Below, piece by piece: positions 27,392-36,439 of a DNA stretch of 64,000 nucleotides. A program made the position numbers and the translations under genes. Source of the stretch: Solirubrobacteraceae bacterium (lineage in GTDB: Bacteria; Actinomycetota; Thermoleophilia; Solirubrobacterales; Solirubrobacteraceae); NCBI GenBank assembly GCA_017882375.1, contig JADGPP010000003.1, forward strand, positions 9,961-73,960, written 5' to 3'. The notes beneath the pieces were generated by a model, which saw only the letters and a list, made by a program, of their open reading frames with translations, did not search any database and was not told the DNA's origin. How positions within the stretch are numbered: position 1 is the stretch's first letter; each line of letters starts with the position of its first letter.

Positions 27392-27670
27392 TCATTCGAT
27401 TGCGCTCGCCTTGAGCTCCTCGAGCTCCTGCTCGTACTCCGCGCCCATTTCCGCCAGCAGCTTCAGCGTCGCGTGCGCCTCTGCCTCGTCGATCTTCGAC
27501 AGCGCGAAGCCAACGTGGATCAGCACCCAGTCGCCGGCGCCTGCCGACGTGCCGTCGACGTCGAGCAGGCCGATGTTCACGGTACGCCGCACACCCGCGA
27601 CCTCGACGGTGGCGAGCCGGTTCTGCTCGTCGACCACCTCGACAACCTGGCCTGGAATCGCTAGGCACAT
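27392..27670 (-). CDS. hypC: Hydrogenase chaperone HypC
   Basis: MCLAIPGQVV, GDWVLIHVGFAL; GGAGG ribosome-binding site and TAGAGT -10-like box upstream. Confidence 0.95.
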   Translation of the reverse strand: MCLAIPGQVVEVVDEQNRLATVEVAGVRRTVNIGLLDVDGTSAGAGDWVLIHVGFALSKIDEAEAHATLKLLAEMGAEYEQELEELKASAIE

Positions 27671-27808
27671 CTGGACTTCCTCCCTGAACGGGACCGTCCA
27701 TGCACTCTACTCGTCGCCGGGCAGCGGCTAACGGCAATCGCCAGGAGCGCCATCAGCGCGAGCGTGCGCCGCTGGCCGGGATCGAGCGCGCGCAGCGAGA
27801 TGCCGCTC

Positions 27809-28864
27809 CTAATGGGCCACGAGCACGTACACGCGCGCCTGCCCGGCCGAGGTCGGCGCGCTGAACGACGAGACCTCGTAGTCGACGCCGTGAAAGCGCA
27901 GCGCGCCGAAGGACGGCAGTTTGGCGGGAGCCGTGTGCGTGCTGCCGGCGAGCGTGCGCGAGCCCGCGCGCACGTACACGAGCGCGTGCGTGAGCGTGTG
28001 CGCCAGCCTGACGTACGGCACGAAGGCCGACGGGGAGAGGGTGAAGCGCCGCGAGATGCGCTGCGCGACGAGTCCGAGCTCGGCCGCCTTGATCTGGTCG
28101 CAGCTCTTCGTCGCGAGCGAGCGGGTGATCGCCAGCAGCAGCGAGACGCGCAGGCGCCCACTCGGGTAGGCGTCGGCCTTGAACGAGTACGCCTGGTAGC
28201 TGGCGCCGCGGTATTCGACGGGCCCGCGGTCGGGAATGCTCGCCGGGCCGGGGCTGAGCAGCCCTTCCACGGGCACCTGGCCGGAGTCGGTACGCAGGAT
28301 CAGCGGCGCGCCGATGAGGCGCGTGACGAGCTTGACGTAGCCGAGGTCGTCCTGCACGGAGAAGACGAAATGCCCGATCGTCTTGCCGTGCGCGCGCAGC
28401 GTTCCGCTGATCGGCGCGAGGATGTACGGGCCGCCTTCGTCTGCCAGCAGTTCGCTGCCGCGGCTGACGCGCAGGCGCACGATGTGCGTGTGCGCGTAGA
28501 CGAGGCTGTGCACGGCCGTGTGGATCGCCGCGTGGTCGCCGCTGGCAACGGCGCTCAGCAGCGGGGCATAGCTTTCGATCTGGTGTTTGTCAGAGTCGGT
28601 GGCCGAGCTGTGCACCTCGGCCGCGTAGATCCGCTCGGCGACCGATCCGGCGGTGCTTGCGAGCACCTCCGCGCCGGCCGGGCAGACGGCGGATGCGCCC
28701 GTCGCGGGCGTGGTCGTCGTCGCGGGCGTGGTCGTCGTCATCGCCCCGGCCCCGGCCGGCGCGATGACGCCCGGCGCAGCGGCCGGTGCAGCGATTGGGG
28801 CTGCGGCGAGCACGAGCGCGGCGAGCGCGCCTGCGAGCACGGTCTTGACCGCGCCGGCGCCCAT
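27809..28864 (-). CDS. Secreted hypothetical protein with ~1.5 copies of an unnamed repeat domain; paralog of 52999-54327
   Basis: Signal peptide and Thr-rich linker; GGPYILAP...QDDLGYVKL...GPASIPDRG...YQAYSF...YPSGRLRVSLL shared with 52999-54327. Confidence 0.75.
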   Translation of the reverse strand: MGAGAVKTVLAGALAALVLAAAPIAAPAAAPGVIAPAGAGAMTTTTPATTTTPATGASAVCPAGAEVLASTAGSVAERIYAAEVHSSATDSDKHQIESYAPLLSAVASGDHAAIHTAVHSLVYAHTHIVRLRVSRGSELLADEGGPYILAPISGTLRAHGKTIGHFVFSVQDDLGYVKLVTRLIGAPLILRTDSGQVPVEGLLSPGPASIPDRGPVEYRGASYQAYSFKADAYPSGRLRVSLLLAITRSLATKSCDQIKAAELGLVAQRISRRFTLSPSAFVPYVRLAHTLTHALVYVRAGSRTLAGSTHTAPAKLPSFGALRFHGVDYEVSSFSAPTSAGQARVYVLVAH

Positions 28865-28871
28865 CGCCCGC

Positions 28872-30191
28872 CTAGCCGTTCCCGCGCGCGATCTTGCGCA
28901 GGTCGATGGTCTTGTCATAGAGCTCGGCGTCGACGCCGAGCTCGAGCGCGACCTCGCGCAGCGGGCGCCCGGAGGCCGTGGCCTGCTGCACGATCTCGGT
29001 GGCCTTGTCGTAGCCGATGGCGCCGTTGAGCGCGGTGGCGACGGCGAGCGTCGCTCCGGCGGATGCCTCGGCGCCGGCCTTGTTGACGTTGATGCCGTCG
29101 ACGCACTTCTCGGCGAACACGCGCGAGCCGGAGGTCAGCAGCTGCAGCGATTCGAGCAGGTTGCGGGCGATCAGCGGGATGCGCACGTTGAGCTCGAACT
29201 GGCCCTGCAGGCCGCCGATCGTGATCGCGGTGTCGTTGCCGATGACCTGCGCGGAGATCTGCAGGATCACCTCGGGGATCACCGGGTTGACCTTGCCGGG
29301 CATGATCGAGGAGCCCTTCTGCAGCTCGGGCAGCAGGATCTCGCCAATGCCGGCGCGCGGGCCGGAGCCCATCAGCGCGAGGTCGCCGGCGATCTTCGTG
29401 AGCGAGACGGCGATCACCTTCAGCGCGCCGGACAGCTCGACGAGCGCATCGCGGTTGGCCTGCGCCTCGAAGGGGTCGAGCGGCGCGGCGATCTGTTTGA
29501 GGCCGGACTCCCTCTTCAGGCGCGCGCGGACCTTCTCGGCGAACCTCGCGTGCGTGTTCAGCCCGGTCCCGGTGGCGGTGCCGCCGAGCGGGATCTGGCC
29601 GACGTGCACGAGCGCGGACTGCACGCGCTCTGCGCCGAGCGCGATCTGCGCGGCGTAGCCGGCGAACTCTTGGCCGAGCGTCACGGGCACGGCGTCCATC
29701 AGGTGCGTGCGCCCGGACTTGACGACGTTCTGAAAGCTCTTGGCCTTGCGCGCGAATGAGCGTTCGAGCTGCTTGAGCGCGGGCAGCAGCTCGTTCTGGG
29801 CGACGTCGAGCGCGGCCAGGTGGACGGCGGAGGGGAACACGTCGTTTGAGGACTGGCCCATGTTCACGTGGTCGTTGGCGTGCGTGCCCTCGCCGGCGAG
29901 CTTGGCGATGACCTCGTTGGCGTTCATGTTCGTCGACGTGCCCGAGCCGGTCTGGAAGACGTCGATCGGGAACTGCGAGTCGTGCTTGCCCGCGGCGATC
30001 TCCTCGGCGGCCTTCTCGATCCGCGCGGCGCTGCGCTTGGAGAGCAGCCCGAGCTCGCCGTTGACGGCGGCGGCGGCGCCCTTCAGGCGCGCCAGCCAGT
30101 ACACGACCGGCAGCGGCACGGTCTCGCCCGATATGGGGAAGTTCTCGACGGCCTTGGCGGTCTCCCCGCCCCACAACTGCTTATCCGGCAT
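28872..30191 (-). CDS. fumC: Class II fumarate hydratase
   Basis: FQTGSGTSTNMNANE, HVNMGQSSND, KSGRTHLMDA, GSSIMPGKVNP signature. Confidence 0.95.
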   Translation of the reverse strand: MPDKQLWGGETAKAVENFPISGETVPLPVVYWLARLKGAAAAVNGELGLLSKRSAARIEKAAEEIAAGKHDSQFPIDVFQTGSGTSTNMNANEVIAKLAGEGTHANDHVNMGQSSNDVFPSAVHLAALDVAQNELLPALKQLERSFARKAKSFQNVVKSGRTHLMDAVPVTLGQEFAGYAAQIALGAERVQSALVHVGQIPLGGTATGTGLNTHARFAEKVRARLKRESGLKQIAAPLDPFEAQANRDALVELSGALKVIAVSLTKIAGDLALMGSGPRAGIGEILLPELQKGSSIMPGKVNPVIPEVILQISAQVIGNDTAITIGGLQGQFELNVRIPLIARNLLESLQLLTSGSRVFAEKCVDGINVNKAGAEASAGATLAVATALNGAIGYDKATEIVQQATASGRPLREVALELGVDAELYDKTIDLRKIARGNG

Positions 30192-30246
30192 CCGTTCTCC
30201 TTTGACTCAATGCTCGTGCGGAGGGGGTGTTCCTCTCTATGCGCAC

Positions 30247-30270
30247 TGCGTATAACCATGGTTATACGCA
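30247..30270. repeat. Perfect 24-bp palindrome (compact REP-like copy C)
   Basis: TGCGTATAACCATGGTTATACGCA is its own reverse complement and shares the GTA..ACCATGG core. Confidence 0.85.
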
Positions 30271-30285
30271 CTCTCTGGAGAGAGA

Positions 30286-30378
30286 GAGACCCTACCCGCC
30301 GAGGCGCCAAGGCCCGACCGTCACGAGACCCTACCCGCCGAGGCGCCAGAGCCCGACCGGCACGGAGACCCTACCCGC
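30286..30378 (+). repeat. Tandem repeat, 39-40 bp period, ~2.3 copies, overlapping the stop of the hydrolase gene
   Basis: GAGACCCTACCCGC units start at 30286, 30325 and 30365. Confidence 0.85.
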
Positions 30379-31210
30379 AGAATGCGGAGAGCTCGCGGGC
30401 CAAGCCGACGGGATCGTCGTAGGCGAGCAGGAAGCCGGCGCTCTCGAGCACGCGCAGCTGCCCGTTGGGCAGCAGCGCTAGCGCCTCTTCGGCGATGGCG
30501 AGCGGGTACATGGGGTCGCGGTCGGCCCAGAGCAGCAGCACGGGCATCTGCAGGCGCGGGTAGAGGTCGAGCAGGTGCGTCTGCGCACCGCGCGGCCAGG
30601 CGCCGGCGCACCTGGCCCACGAGCGCGCGAGGTTGGAGTTGCCGGGGACGTCGGCGAAGGCATGGCGCAGCAGATCGGCGGCGGCGGGATTTGCGCGCGC
30701 GGACATGCGCAGCCCGCGCTGGGGGGTGAACACGGCACGCGCGCCGTGGGAGAGCAGGCGGTCGAGCCCGGGAACGGCGGCAGCGCGCGTGGTCATGCGC
30801 CAGGCGGCGCGCATTCCCGAGCGCTCGGGGCGGGCGTGCATGCGGTTGCTCATGAGCACGAGCCGCGAGGGGCGCACGCTGCCGGTGCGGACGGCGTGCA
30901 GCAGGACCTCGGCGCCGGCGTCGTGGCCGGCGATGAGCGGCCGCGGACCGAGCACCTCGCGCGAGAACCCGCCGAGCACCTCGGCGAACCAGTCGAGCGT
31001 GTAGGGATGGCGAGGATGATCCTCGGAGTCGCCGTGCAGCGGCAGGTCGGGCAGCACGACGCGGAAGCGGTCGGCGAGCGAGTCGACGGCGGGCTCCCAC
31101 TCCTTGTGCGAGAGCAGCCCGGAGTGCAGCAGCGCGAGCGGCGGCCCGGTCCCGCGCTCGCGGTAGGCGACGCGCGTGCCGTCGGGGTGGTGGTAGAGGC
31201 GCAGGCGCAT
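30371..31210 (-). CDS. Alpha/beta-fold hydrolase (epoxide-hydrolase-like; catalytic His position appears to be Phe)
   Basis: LLHSG, PDLPLHGDS, AGHDAG elbow, LLWADRD, ESAGFLL; start ATG 31210 lies 7 nt after TACGAT. Confidence 0.85.
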   Translation of the reverse strand: MRLRLYHHPDGTRVAYRERGTGPPLALLHSGLLSHKEWEPAVDSLADRFRVVLPDLPLHGDSEDHPRHPYTLDWFAEVLGGFSREVLGPRPLIAGHDAGAEVLLHAVRTGSVRPSRLVLMSNRMHARPERSGMRAAWRMTTRAAAVPGLDRLLSHGARAVFTPQRGLRMSARANPAAADLLRHAFADVPGNSNLARSWARCAGAWPRGAQTHLLDLYPRLQMPVLLLWADRDPMYPLAIAEEALALLPNGQLRVLESAGFLLAYDDPVGLARELSAFCG

Positions 31211-31243
31211 GTCCTGCATCGTAGGATCGAAGCGATCGTCACG

Positions 31244-32260
31244 ATGACCGCGCACGCCCGTCGCCCGTCTGCTGCCGCCCGGCCACGCGCGGCGCTGTGC
31301 CCGTCCGCACGCGCGGCGCTGCTGTGCGCGTGGGCGCGCGGGACGCTGATGTGCGCGCTGGCGATGGCGGCGCTGGCGGTGTGCGCGGGTTGCGGACAGG
31401 CGAGGCCGGGCACGGTGTCGCTGGGCGCGGTGTCGGCGCTGGCGCAGTCGCGCAGCTCGCGGATCGTGGTGGTGGTGCTGGAGAACGCGGAGTACGGCGA
31501 AGTGATCGGGAGCTCGTCGGCGCCGTACGTCAACTCGCTGGCGCGCCGCTACGGGCTGATGACGCAGAGCTATGCGATGACGCACCCGTCGCTGCCGAAC
31601 TACCTGGCGCTGACGAGCGGCTCGACGCAGGGCGTCGCCTCCGACTGCACGGACTGCGTCGTGTCGGCGCGCAACATCGTCGACCAGCTGGAGGGCGCGG
31701 GCATCTCGTGGAAGGCGTATCTGGAGGACGTGCCGCGGCCGTGCTTTCTGGGCGCGGCGTCGGGCGGCTATGCGAAGAAGCACAACCCGTTTGCGTACTA
31801 CGCGGACATCGTGCGATCGCCGGCACGCTGCGGGCAGCTGACGGGCTTTGCGCAACTGGCCGGCGATGTGCGTGCGGGGCGGCTGCCGACGTATGTGTGG
31901 ATCTCGCCGAACCTGTGCGACGACGGTCACGACTGCGGGGTTGCGGCGGCGGATCGGTTCCTGGCGCGGAACGTGCCGGCGCTGCTGCGCGAGCTGGGAC
32001 CGCACGGCTTTGTGGTGCTGCAGTGGGACGAGGGGACGAGCGACGGCGGCTGCTGCGGGGTGGCCAAAGGGGGACACATCGCGACGATCGTCGCGGGGCC
32101 GCAGGTCCGCCGGGGCGCGCGCTCGGCGGCGGCGATCGATCAGTACGGCGTGCTGGGGAGCATCGAGGAAGCGCTGGGGCTGGCACCGCTGGGCGGCGCG
32201 GCGGACGCGCGCAGCGGCCGGCTGACGCCGCTGTTCGCGCAGGCGCCGCGCGTGCGCTGA
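31244..32260 (+). CDS. Exported phosphoesterase (acid phosphatase/alkaline-phosphatase-superfamily)
   Basis: VVVVLENAEY, APYVNSLA, THPSLPNYLAL, KHNPF, PNLCDDGHDC, WDEG; start uncertain. Confidence 0.85.
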   Translation: MTAHARRPSAAARPRAALCPSARAALLCAWARGTLMCALAMAALAVCAGCGQARPGTVSLGAVSALAQSRSSRIVVVVLENAEYGEVIGSSSAPYVNSLARRYGLMTQSYAMTHPSLPNYLALTSGSTQGVASDCTDCVVSARNIVDQLEGAGISWKAYLEDVPRPCFLGAASGGYAKKHNPFAYYADIVRSPARCGQLTGFAQLAGDVRAGRLPTYVWISPNLCDDGHDCGVAAADRFLARNVPALLRELGPHGFVVLQWDEGTSDGGCCGVAKGGHIATIVAGPQVRRGARSAAAIDQYGVLGSIEEALGLAPLGGAADARSGRLTPLFAQAPRVR

Positions 32261-32330
32261 GCAGCTCGCCGGCGCGCCAGGGCCCGACGGCGCGGCGGGC
32301 GCAATTTGCGGGGGCGTGCGCGCACCTAGA

Positions 32331-35300
32331 ATGAGCCGCCCCGTGACGCCGCCCTCCGAACAACCGCGCAGCACGCTGGTGCCCGCCCGCGAGGTCGATC
32401 CGCGCCAGGAGCTGCCTGTGCTGGAGCAGCAGGTGCTGGAGCGCTGGCGCGAGCGCGACGTGTTCGCGCAGTCGCTGCGCATGCGGGCGGACGCGCAGCG
32501 GTGGAACTTCTACGAGGGCCCGCCGACGGCGAACGGGCCACCGGGATCGCATCACGTGCTGTCGCGCGTGTTCAAGGACATCTACCCGCGCTTTCAGACG
32601 ATGCGCGGCTACCGCGTGGAGCGCAAGGGCGGCTGGGACTGTCACGGCCTGCCGGTGGAGATCGCGGTGGAACAGCAGCTGGGGATCAAGTCGAAGGCGG
32701 AGGTGGAGGAGTACGGGATCGGCGCGTTCAACGAACGCTGCCGCGAGTCGGTGTTCACGTACCTGGAGGAGTGGAATCGCCTGACGGAGCGGATCGGCTT
32801 CTGGCTGGACCTCGACGACGCGTATCGCACGCTGGACGAGAGCTACATCGAGTCGGTGTGGTGGGCGCTGGCGCAGATCGACCGGCGCGAGCTGCTGTAC
32901 GAGGGACACAAGGTCGGCCCGTACTGCCCGCGCTGTGAGACGACGCTGTCGTCACACGAGGTGGCGCTGGGCTACCGCGACGTGGTCGAGGAGAGCGTGT
33001 ACCTGAAGCTGGCGGTGCGCGACGGCGCGGACATGTTGCTGGTGTGGACGACGACGCCGTGGACGCTGCCGGGAAACGTGGCGGTGGCGGTGTCGCCGCG
33101 CGCGACCTACGCGAGGGTCCGATCTGGTGATGATTTTTATGTTCTGGTGTCGGATCGTGTCGAGCCGGTGCTGGGCGAGCAGGCCGAGATCGTGGAGCAG
33201 TTCACGGGCGATGAGCTGGTGGCGCGATACGGCTGCTATGAGGGACCGATCTTCGCGGCGAGGGACCGCGAGCCGGGCGCGCTGGCGATCCTGGCGGACG
33301 ACTTCGTGACGACGGAGGAAGGCACGGGCATCGTGCACTTGGCGCCGGCGTTCGGCGAGGACGACTATCGCGTGGCGGCGGCGGCGGGGATCTTCTGCGG
33401 CGACGAGCCGCGCACGCTGTACAACCCGGTCAAGCCGGACGGCACGTATGACGAGCGCGTGCTCAGCCGCGCGGGAGAGCCGTACGCGGGGCGCTTCGTC
33501 AAGGACGCGCAGCTGACGAAGGAGCTGATCGAGGATCTGGACGCGCGCGGCGTGTTGCTGCGCGCGCAGGAGTACGAGCACTCCTACCCGCACTGCTGGC
33601 GCTGCGGCACGCCGCTGCTGTACTACGCGAAACCGTCGTGGTACATCGCGACGACGAAGCTGCGCAGGGAGCTGCTGGATGCCAACGAGACGGTCTCGTG
33701 GCACCCGCCGCACGTCAAGCACGGGCGCTTCGGCGACTGGCTTTCGAACAACGTCGATTGGGCGCTGTCGCGCGAGCGCTACTGGGGCACGCCGCTGCCG
33801 GTGTGGCGCTGCGAGCGGGGCCACGTGCACGTGATCGGCTCCTTCGAGGAGCTGGCTGAGCGCTCGGGTGTGCAGCTGGCCGACCACCACCGTCCGTTCG
33901 TCGACGACGTGGAGTTCGCGTGCCCGCACGAGGACGCCGACGGCCAGTCTGACTGCCGGCGACCGATGCGCCGCGTGCCGGAGGTGATCGACGTGTGGTT
34001 TGACTCGGGCGCGATGCCGTTCGCGCAGCACCATTTCCCATTCGAGCACGCGGAGGGCTTCGAGCAGGGCTACCCGGCGGACTTCATCTGCGAGGCGCAG
34101 GACCAGACGCGCGGTTGGTTCTACTCGCTGCTGGCGGTGGCGACGTTGACCGCCGATCCCGGCGGTGCCCGCGAGCCGCCGCCGTACCGCAACGTCGTAT
34201 GCCTCGGGCTGATCCTCGACGAGGACGGTCAGAAGATGTCGAAGTCGAAAGGCAACACGGTCGAGCCGTGGCAGGTGCTGAACACCTATGGCGCGGACGC
34301 GTTTCGCTGGTACTTCTTCACGTCCAAGCAGCCGTGGGACGGCTATCGCTTCTCGGCGGAGACGATCGGCGAGGGCGTGCGCCTGTTCCTCAAGCAGCTG
34401 TGGAGCACGTACTTCTTCTACTCGCTGTACGCGCGCGTGAGCGCGCAGGAGCTGAGCGCGGCCGGGGAGCCGCCGGCGCCAAGCGACGACCTGGACCGTT
34501 GGGCTCTGTCACGTACGGCGGGGACGGCGGAGCTGGTTGCCGAGCACCTGGACTCCTACGACGCGACGTCGGCCGGGCGCGCGATCGCAGAGCTGGTCGA
34601 GGACCTGTCCAACTGGTACGTGCGCCGCTCGCGGCGGCGCTTCTGGGACGGCGACGCGGTCGCGTTTCAGACGCTGCGCACATGCCTGCTGACGGTCGCC
34701 AAGCTGCTGGCGCCGTTCTGCCCGTTCATCGCGGATGAGATCTACGACAACCTCGACGGCACGGAGGCGAGCGTGCACCTGTGCGACTTCCCGACGGCGG
34801 AGTCGCTCGCCGAGGCGATCGGCGGAGCGGGCCACAGCGAGGCGATCGGCGGAGCGGGCCACAGCGAGGCCGGCGGCGGCGCAGTTCGCGACGAGGAGCT
34901 CGAGCGCGCGATGGCGCTGGCGCGCGAGACGGTGCGCCTCGGCCTGGGCGCGCGCGGCAAGTCGAAGATCAAGGTGCGCCAGCCGCTCGGCGAGGCGGTC
35001 GTCGTGGCAGCCGGTCGCGAGCGCGAGGCGATCGAACGCCTGTCAGACGTGGTGCGCGACGAGCTGAACGTCAAGCGCGTGCGCTTTGTGGCGGCGGCCG
35101 ACGAGCTGGGCAGCTACGAGGTGAAGGCGAACTACCGCAAGCTCGGCCCGATCTTCGGCAAAGCGATGCCGCTGGCGGCGGACGCGATCGCGGCGCTTGA
35201 CCCCGCGCGCGTGGCGGCCGCGGCGCGAGCGACAGGCGAGAGCGCAAGCGCCGGCGCCGCGGGCGCAACCGCCGGTGACGGCGGCGATGACGACACGAGC

Positions 35301-35723
35301 ATCGGCATCTCGGTCGACGGTCGCGAGCACATGCTGGCGACCGATGACGTGATCCTGACGATGCGCGCGCCGGAGGGCTACAGCGTCGAGCGCGAGGGTG
35401 CGCACGCGGTTGCGCTGGACTTGGCGATCGACGACGAGCTGCGCGAGGAGGGTCACGCGCGGGAGATCGTGCACGCGGTGCAGGCGGCGCGCAAGGCAGC
35501 GGGGCTGGAGGTCGAGGACCGCATCGAGCTGGCGCTCGAAGGCGACGAGGCGCTGGCGCGCGCCGCGCAGACGCACCGCGACTACGTCGCGGGCGAGACG
35601 CTGGCGATCAAGCTGGAGGTCGGAGACGGCGCCAGCATCGCCGCCTCCGAGCGCGACTATTCAGAGCAGGTCGTGGTCGACGGGCTGACGCTGATCATCA
35701 GCCTTCGCCGCGTCGCCGACTAG
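32331..35723 (+). CDS. ileS: Isoleucyl-tRNA synthetase, type 2
   Basis: FYEGPPTANG..HH, GWDCHGLPVE, WTTTPWTLPGN, GTGIVHLAPAFGEDD, DWALSRERYWGTP, KMSKS, SNWYVRRSR. Confidence 0.96.
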   Translation: MSRPVTPPSEQPRSTLVPAREVDPRQELPVLEQQVLERWRERDVFAQSLRMRADAQRWNFYEGPPTANGPPGSHHVLSRVFKDIYPRFQTMRGYRVERKGGWDCHGLPVEIAVEQQLGIKSKAEVEEYGIGAFNERCRESVFTYLEEWNRLTERIGFWLDLDDAYRTLDESYIESVWWALAQIDRRELLYEGHKVGPYCPRCETTLSSHEVALGYRDVVEESVYLKLAVRDGADMLLVWTTTPWTLPGNVAVAVSPRATYARVRSGDDFYVLVSDRVEPVLGEQAEIVEQFTGDELVARYGCYEGPIFAARDREPGALAILADDFVTTEEGTGIVHLAPAFGEDDYRVAAAAGIFCGDEPRTLYNPVKPDGTYDERVLSRAGEPYAGRFVKDAQLTKELIEDLDARGVLLRAQEYEHSYPHCWRCGTPLLYYAKPSWYIATTKLRRELLDANETVSWHPPHVKHGRFGDWLSNNVDWALSRERYWGTPLPVWRCERGHVHVIGSFEELAERSGVQLADHHRPFVDDVEFACPHEDADGQSDCRRPMRRVPEVIDVWFDSGAMPFAQHHFPFEHAEGFEQGYPADFICEAQDQTRGWFYSLLAVATLTADPGGAREPPPYRNVVCLGLILDEDGQKMSKSKGNTVEPWQVLNTYGADAFRWYFFTSKQPWDGYRFSAETIGEGVRLFLKQLWSTYFFYSLYARVSAQELSAAGEPPAPSDDLDRWALSRTAGTAELVAEHLDSYDATSAGRAIAELVEDLSNWYVRRSRRRFWDGDAVAFQTLRTCLLTVAKLLAPFCPFIADEIYDNLDGTEASVHLCDFPTAESLAEAIGGAGHSEAIGGAGHSEAGGGAVRDEELERAMALARETVRLGLGARGKSKIKVRQPLGEAVVVAAGREREAIERLSDVVRDELNVKRVRFVAAADELGSYEVKANYRKLGPIFGKAMPLAADAIAALDPARVAAAARATGESASAGAAGATAGDGGDDDTSIGISVDGREHMLATDDVILTMRAPEGYSVEREGAHAVALDLAIDDELREEGHAREIVHAVQAARKAAGLEVEDRIELALEGDEALARAAQTHRDYVAGETLAIKLEVGDGASIAASERDYSEQVVVDGLTLIISLRRVAD

Positions 35724-36052
35724 GCGACTGAGAGGGCGGGCTCCAGCTCCTGCTCGAGCTTCTTCTTGGGGTAGGCACCGATCACGGTCTTGACCGGCTG
35801 GCCGCCTTTGAAGAGGATCATCGTGGGGATCGAGAGCACCTGGAAGGCGGCGGCCGTCTGCTGGTTCTCGTCGGTGTTGAGCTTGACGATGCGCAGGTCG
35901 GGACGCTCGGCGGCGATCTCCTCGAGCACTGGAGCGACGACACGGCAAGGGCCGCACCACGGCGCCCAGAAGTCGACGAGCACGGGCTTGTCGGACTCGA
36001 TGACCTCAGCCTGGAAGTTGCTGTCGGTGACTTCGCTCAAAGTGCCTGCCAT
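35720..36052 (-). CDS. trxA: Thioredoxin
   Basis: DFWAPWCGPC, SIPTMILFKGG. Confidence 0.96.
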   Translation of the reverse strand: MAGTLSEVTDSNFQAEVIESDKPVLVDFWAPWCGPCRVVAPVLEEIAAERPDLRIVKLNTDENQQTAAAFQVLSIPTMILFKGGQPVKTVIGAYPKKKLEQELEPALSVA

Positions 36053-36151
36053 GGGTTCTCCCTTTGGATCGCTTTCCCACCACTATACAAAGTGAAGGAA
36101 GGGGGTCCGGAGGAGGGTGCGGAGGAGGGTGTGTACTCGCGCACGGACTGC

Positions 36152-36400
36152 GCGGTAGCCATCGTATATACGGCGTATAGACCATCGCGCACGCTCGATG
36201 TAAGAGCAGTCAGCGTCCCCAGCCGCCGTAGATACCATGGCTATCCGGCGACGCACGTGCGATCACCGCCTCCGCCCCGCGTAAATACCATGGCTATCGG
36301 GCGGTGCAACGCACTCACCCCCTGGCCCCTCGTAAATACCATGGCTATCGGGCGGCGCAAACGCGCTCACAGCCTGCCCCGTGAATCCCGATGGCTATCG
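36152..36400. repeat. REP/REPIN-like element copy D: hairpin doublet plus four tandem ~50-bp units
   Basis: GCGGTAGCCATCGTATATAC, GGC, GTATAGACCATCG (36152-36187); GTA[G/A]ATACCATGGCTATC units at 36228, 36281, 36332 and a degenerate unit at 36381. Confidence 0.85.
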
Positions 36401-36439
36401 AAGCGACGCAACCGAGACGCCCCACCGCCAGGCGAGCCG

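Noticed and set aside
27690-27805. Hydrophobic peptide LDPGQRRTLALMALLAIAVS upstream of hypC
   Set aside because: It follows an AGGAG but has ATC rather than a start codon and overlaps the hyp promoter. A remnant is possible but unsupported.
32510-32560. Non-canonical HIGH motif (PGSHH) in IleRS
   Set aside because: PGxHH-type variants are usual in type-2 IleRS.
36228-36400. CRISPR array
   Set aside because: The putative spacers are homologous to each other and only ~30 nt, the repeat also occurs dispersed and inverted elsewhere, and there are no cas genes. Kept as a REP-like tandem array.
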